A program made the translations under genes and the position numbers. 64,000 nt of DNA from Styela clava (lineage: Eukaryota): NCBI RefSeq assembly GCF_964204865.1, contig NC_135257.1:23746001-23810000 (forward strand). The letters run 5' to 3'. Positions 63,588 to 64,000 of this stretch are shown here, piece by piece. Numbering within the stretch: position 1 is the first letter of the stretch; every line of letters begins with the position of its first letter. The notes under the pieces were generated by a model. It saw only the letters and a list, made by a program, of their open reading frames with translations. It did no database searches and was not told the DNA's origin.

Positions 63588-64000
63588 GACTTGATGGTGG
63601 GGGATGTCGTAATCGACCAGCGGTCGTGTGAACCACCCTTAGTGGGAGGAGAGCTGCAATCCCCTCGCACATAACTATCCCCGCATGGGATTGAAACCTG
63701 TGAAACTCCCAGGGGGATCAGAGATGTGGTGGCGAGCGTATTCTCAGATAGAGAATTCAATTGAATTCTGGTTATTTTTTGCATTTGCACTGGCGTTAAA
63801 CTTTAGTTATCTATTCAAATTTTCACACTTACTAATAGATTACCTGATAACTAGGGAAACAATACCTTATGGCAATTATTGATTAATACCTTACACAAGT
63901 CAAGTCTGCAAGTAGGCCCTTACACGAGTCAAGTCTGCAAGTACTGAAGTAGGCCTACGCCTAAGCCTCCCAATAACAGTAGTTTGTTATCTGCTTTCCA

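Larger units (their letters stand above)
57257..64000. mobile_element. Decayed ISL2EU-like (PIF/Harbinger-related) DNA transposon, running off the window; host of the gypsy insertion
   Basis: Left end AT|AGAGGACTTGCACTGGTCACGTGAC. THAP remnant, YqaJ remnant on plus, DDE_Tnp_4 remnant on minus (convergent). Inverted arms: 57637-58240 vs 59908-59954 plus 63588-64000. Confidence 0.72.

Overview
AT-rich eukaryotic (metazoan) genomic DNA. The domain content and repeat landscape suggest an invertebrate chordate such as an ascidian, but that is inference only. I reconstructed two spliced minus-strand host genes by hand; all introns are GT-AG and the phases are consistent. Gene A (about 1600-29630, 18 exons, about 913 aa) encodes a secreted mosaic protein: signal peptide, polybasic stretch, FN3, Ly6/uPAR-like Cys-rich domain, 9 sushi/CCP domains, a calcium-binding EGF and a short tail. 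Gene B (42484-53468, 13 coding exons, 500 aa) is a GLD-2/TENT2 cytoplasmic poly(A) polymerase. Introns and intergenic DNA carry many MITEs (hAT, MULE-like, Tc1/pogo-like, P-like) and a tRNA-derived SINE. The right end is a nested mobile-element stack. A decayed ISL2EU-like DNA transposon (THAP/DDE transposase on minus, YqaJ nuclease on plus) has long inverted arms, and one arm contains a SINE fragment. Into that fragment a very young Ty3/gypsy LTR element inserted (59955-63587, TSD GACT). The element has lost most of its 5' LTR, gag and nearly all of pol. It retains an intact 646-aa env whose motifs match class III viral fusogens: herpesvirus gB-like in the C-terminal half and rhabdovirus-G-like fusion loops. 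This candidate enveloped gypsy lineage with a gB-like envelope is the standout finding.
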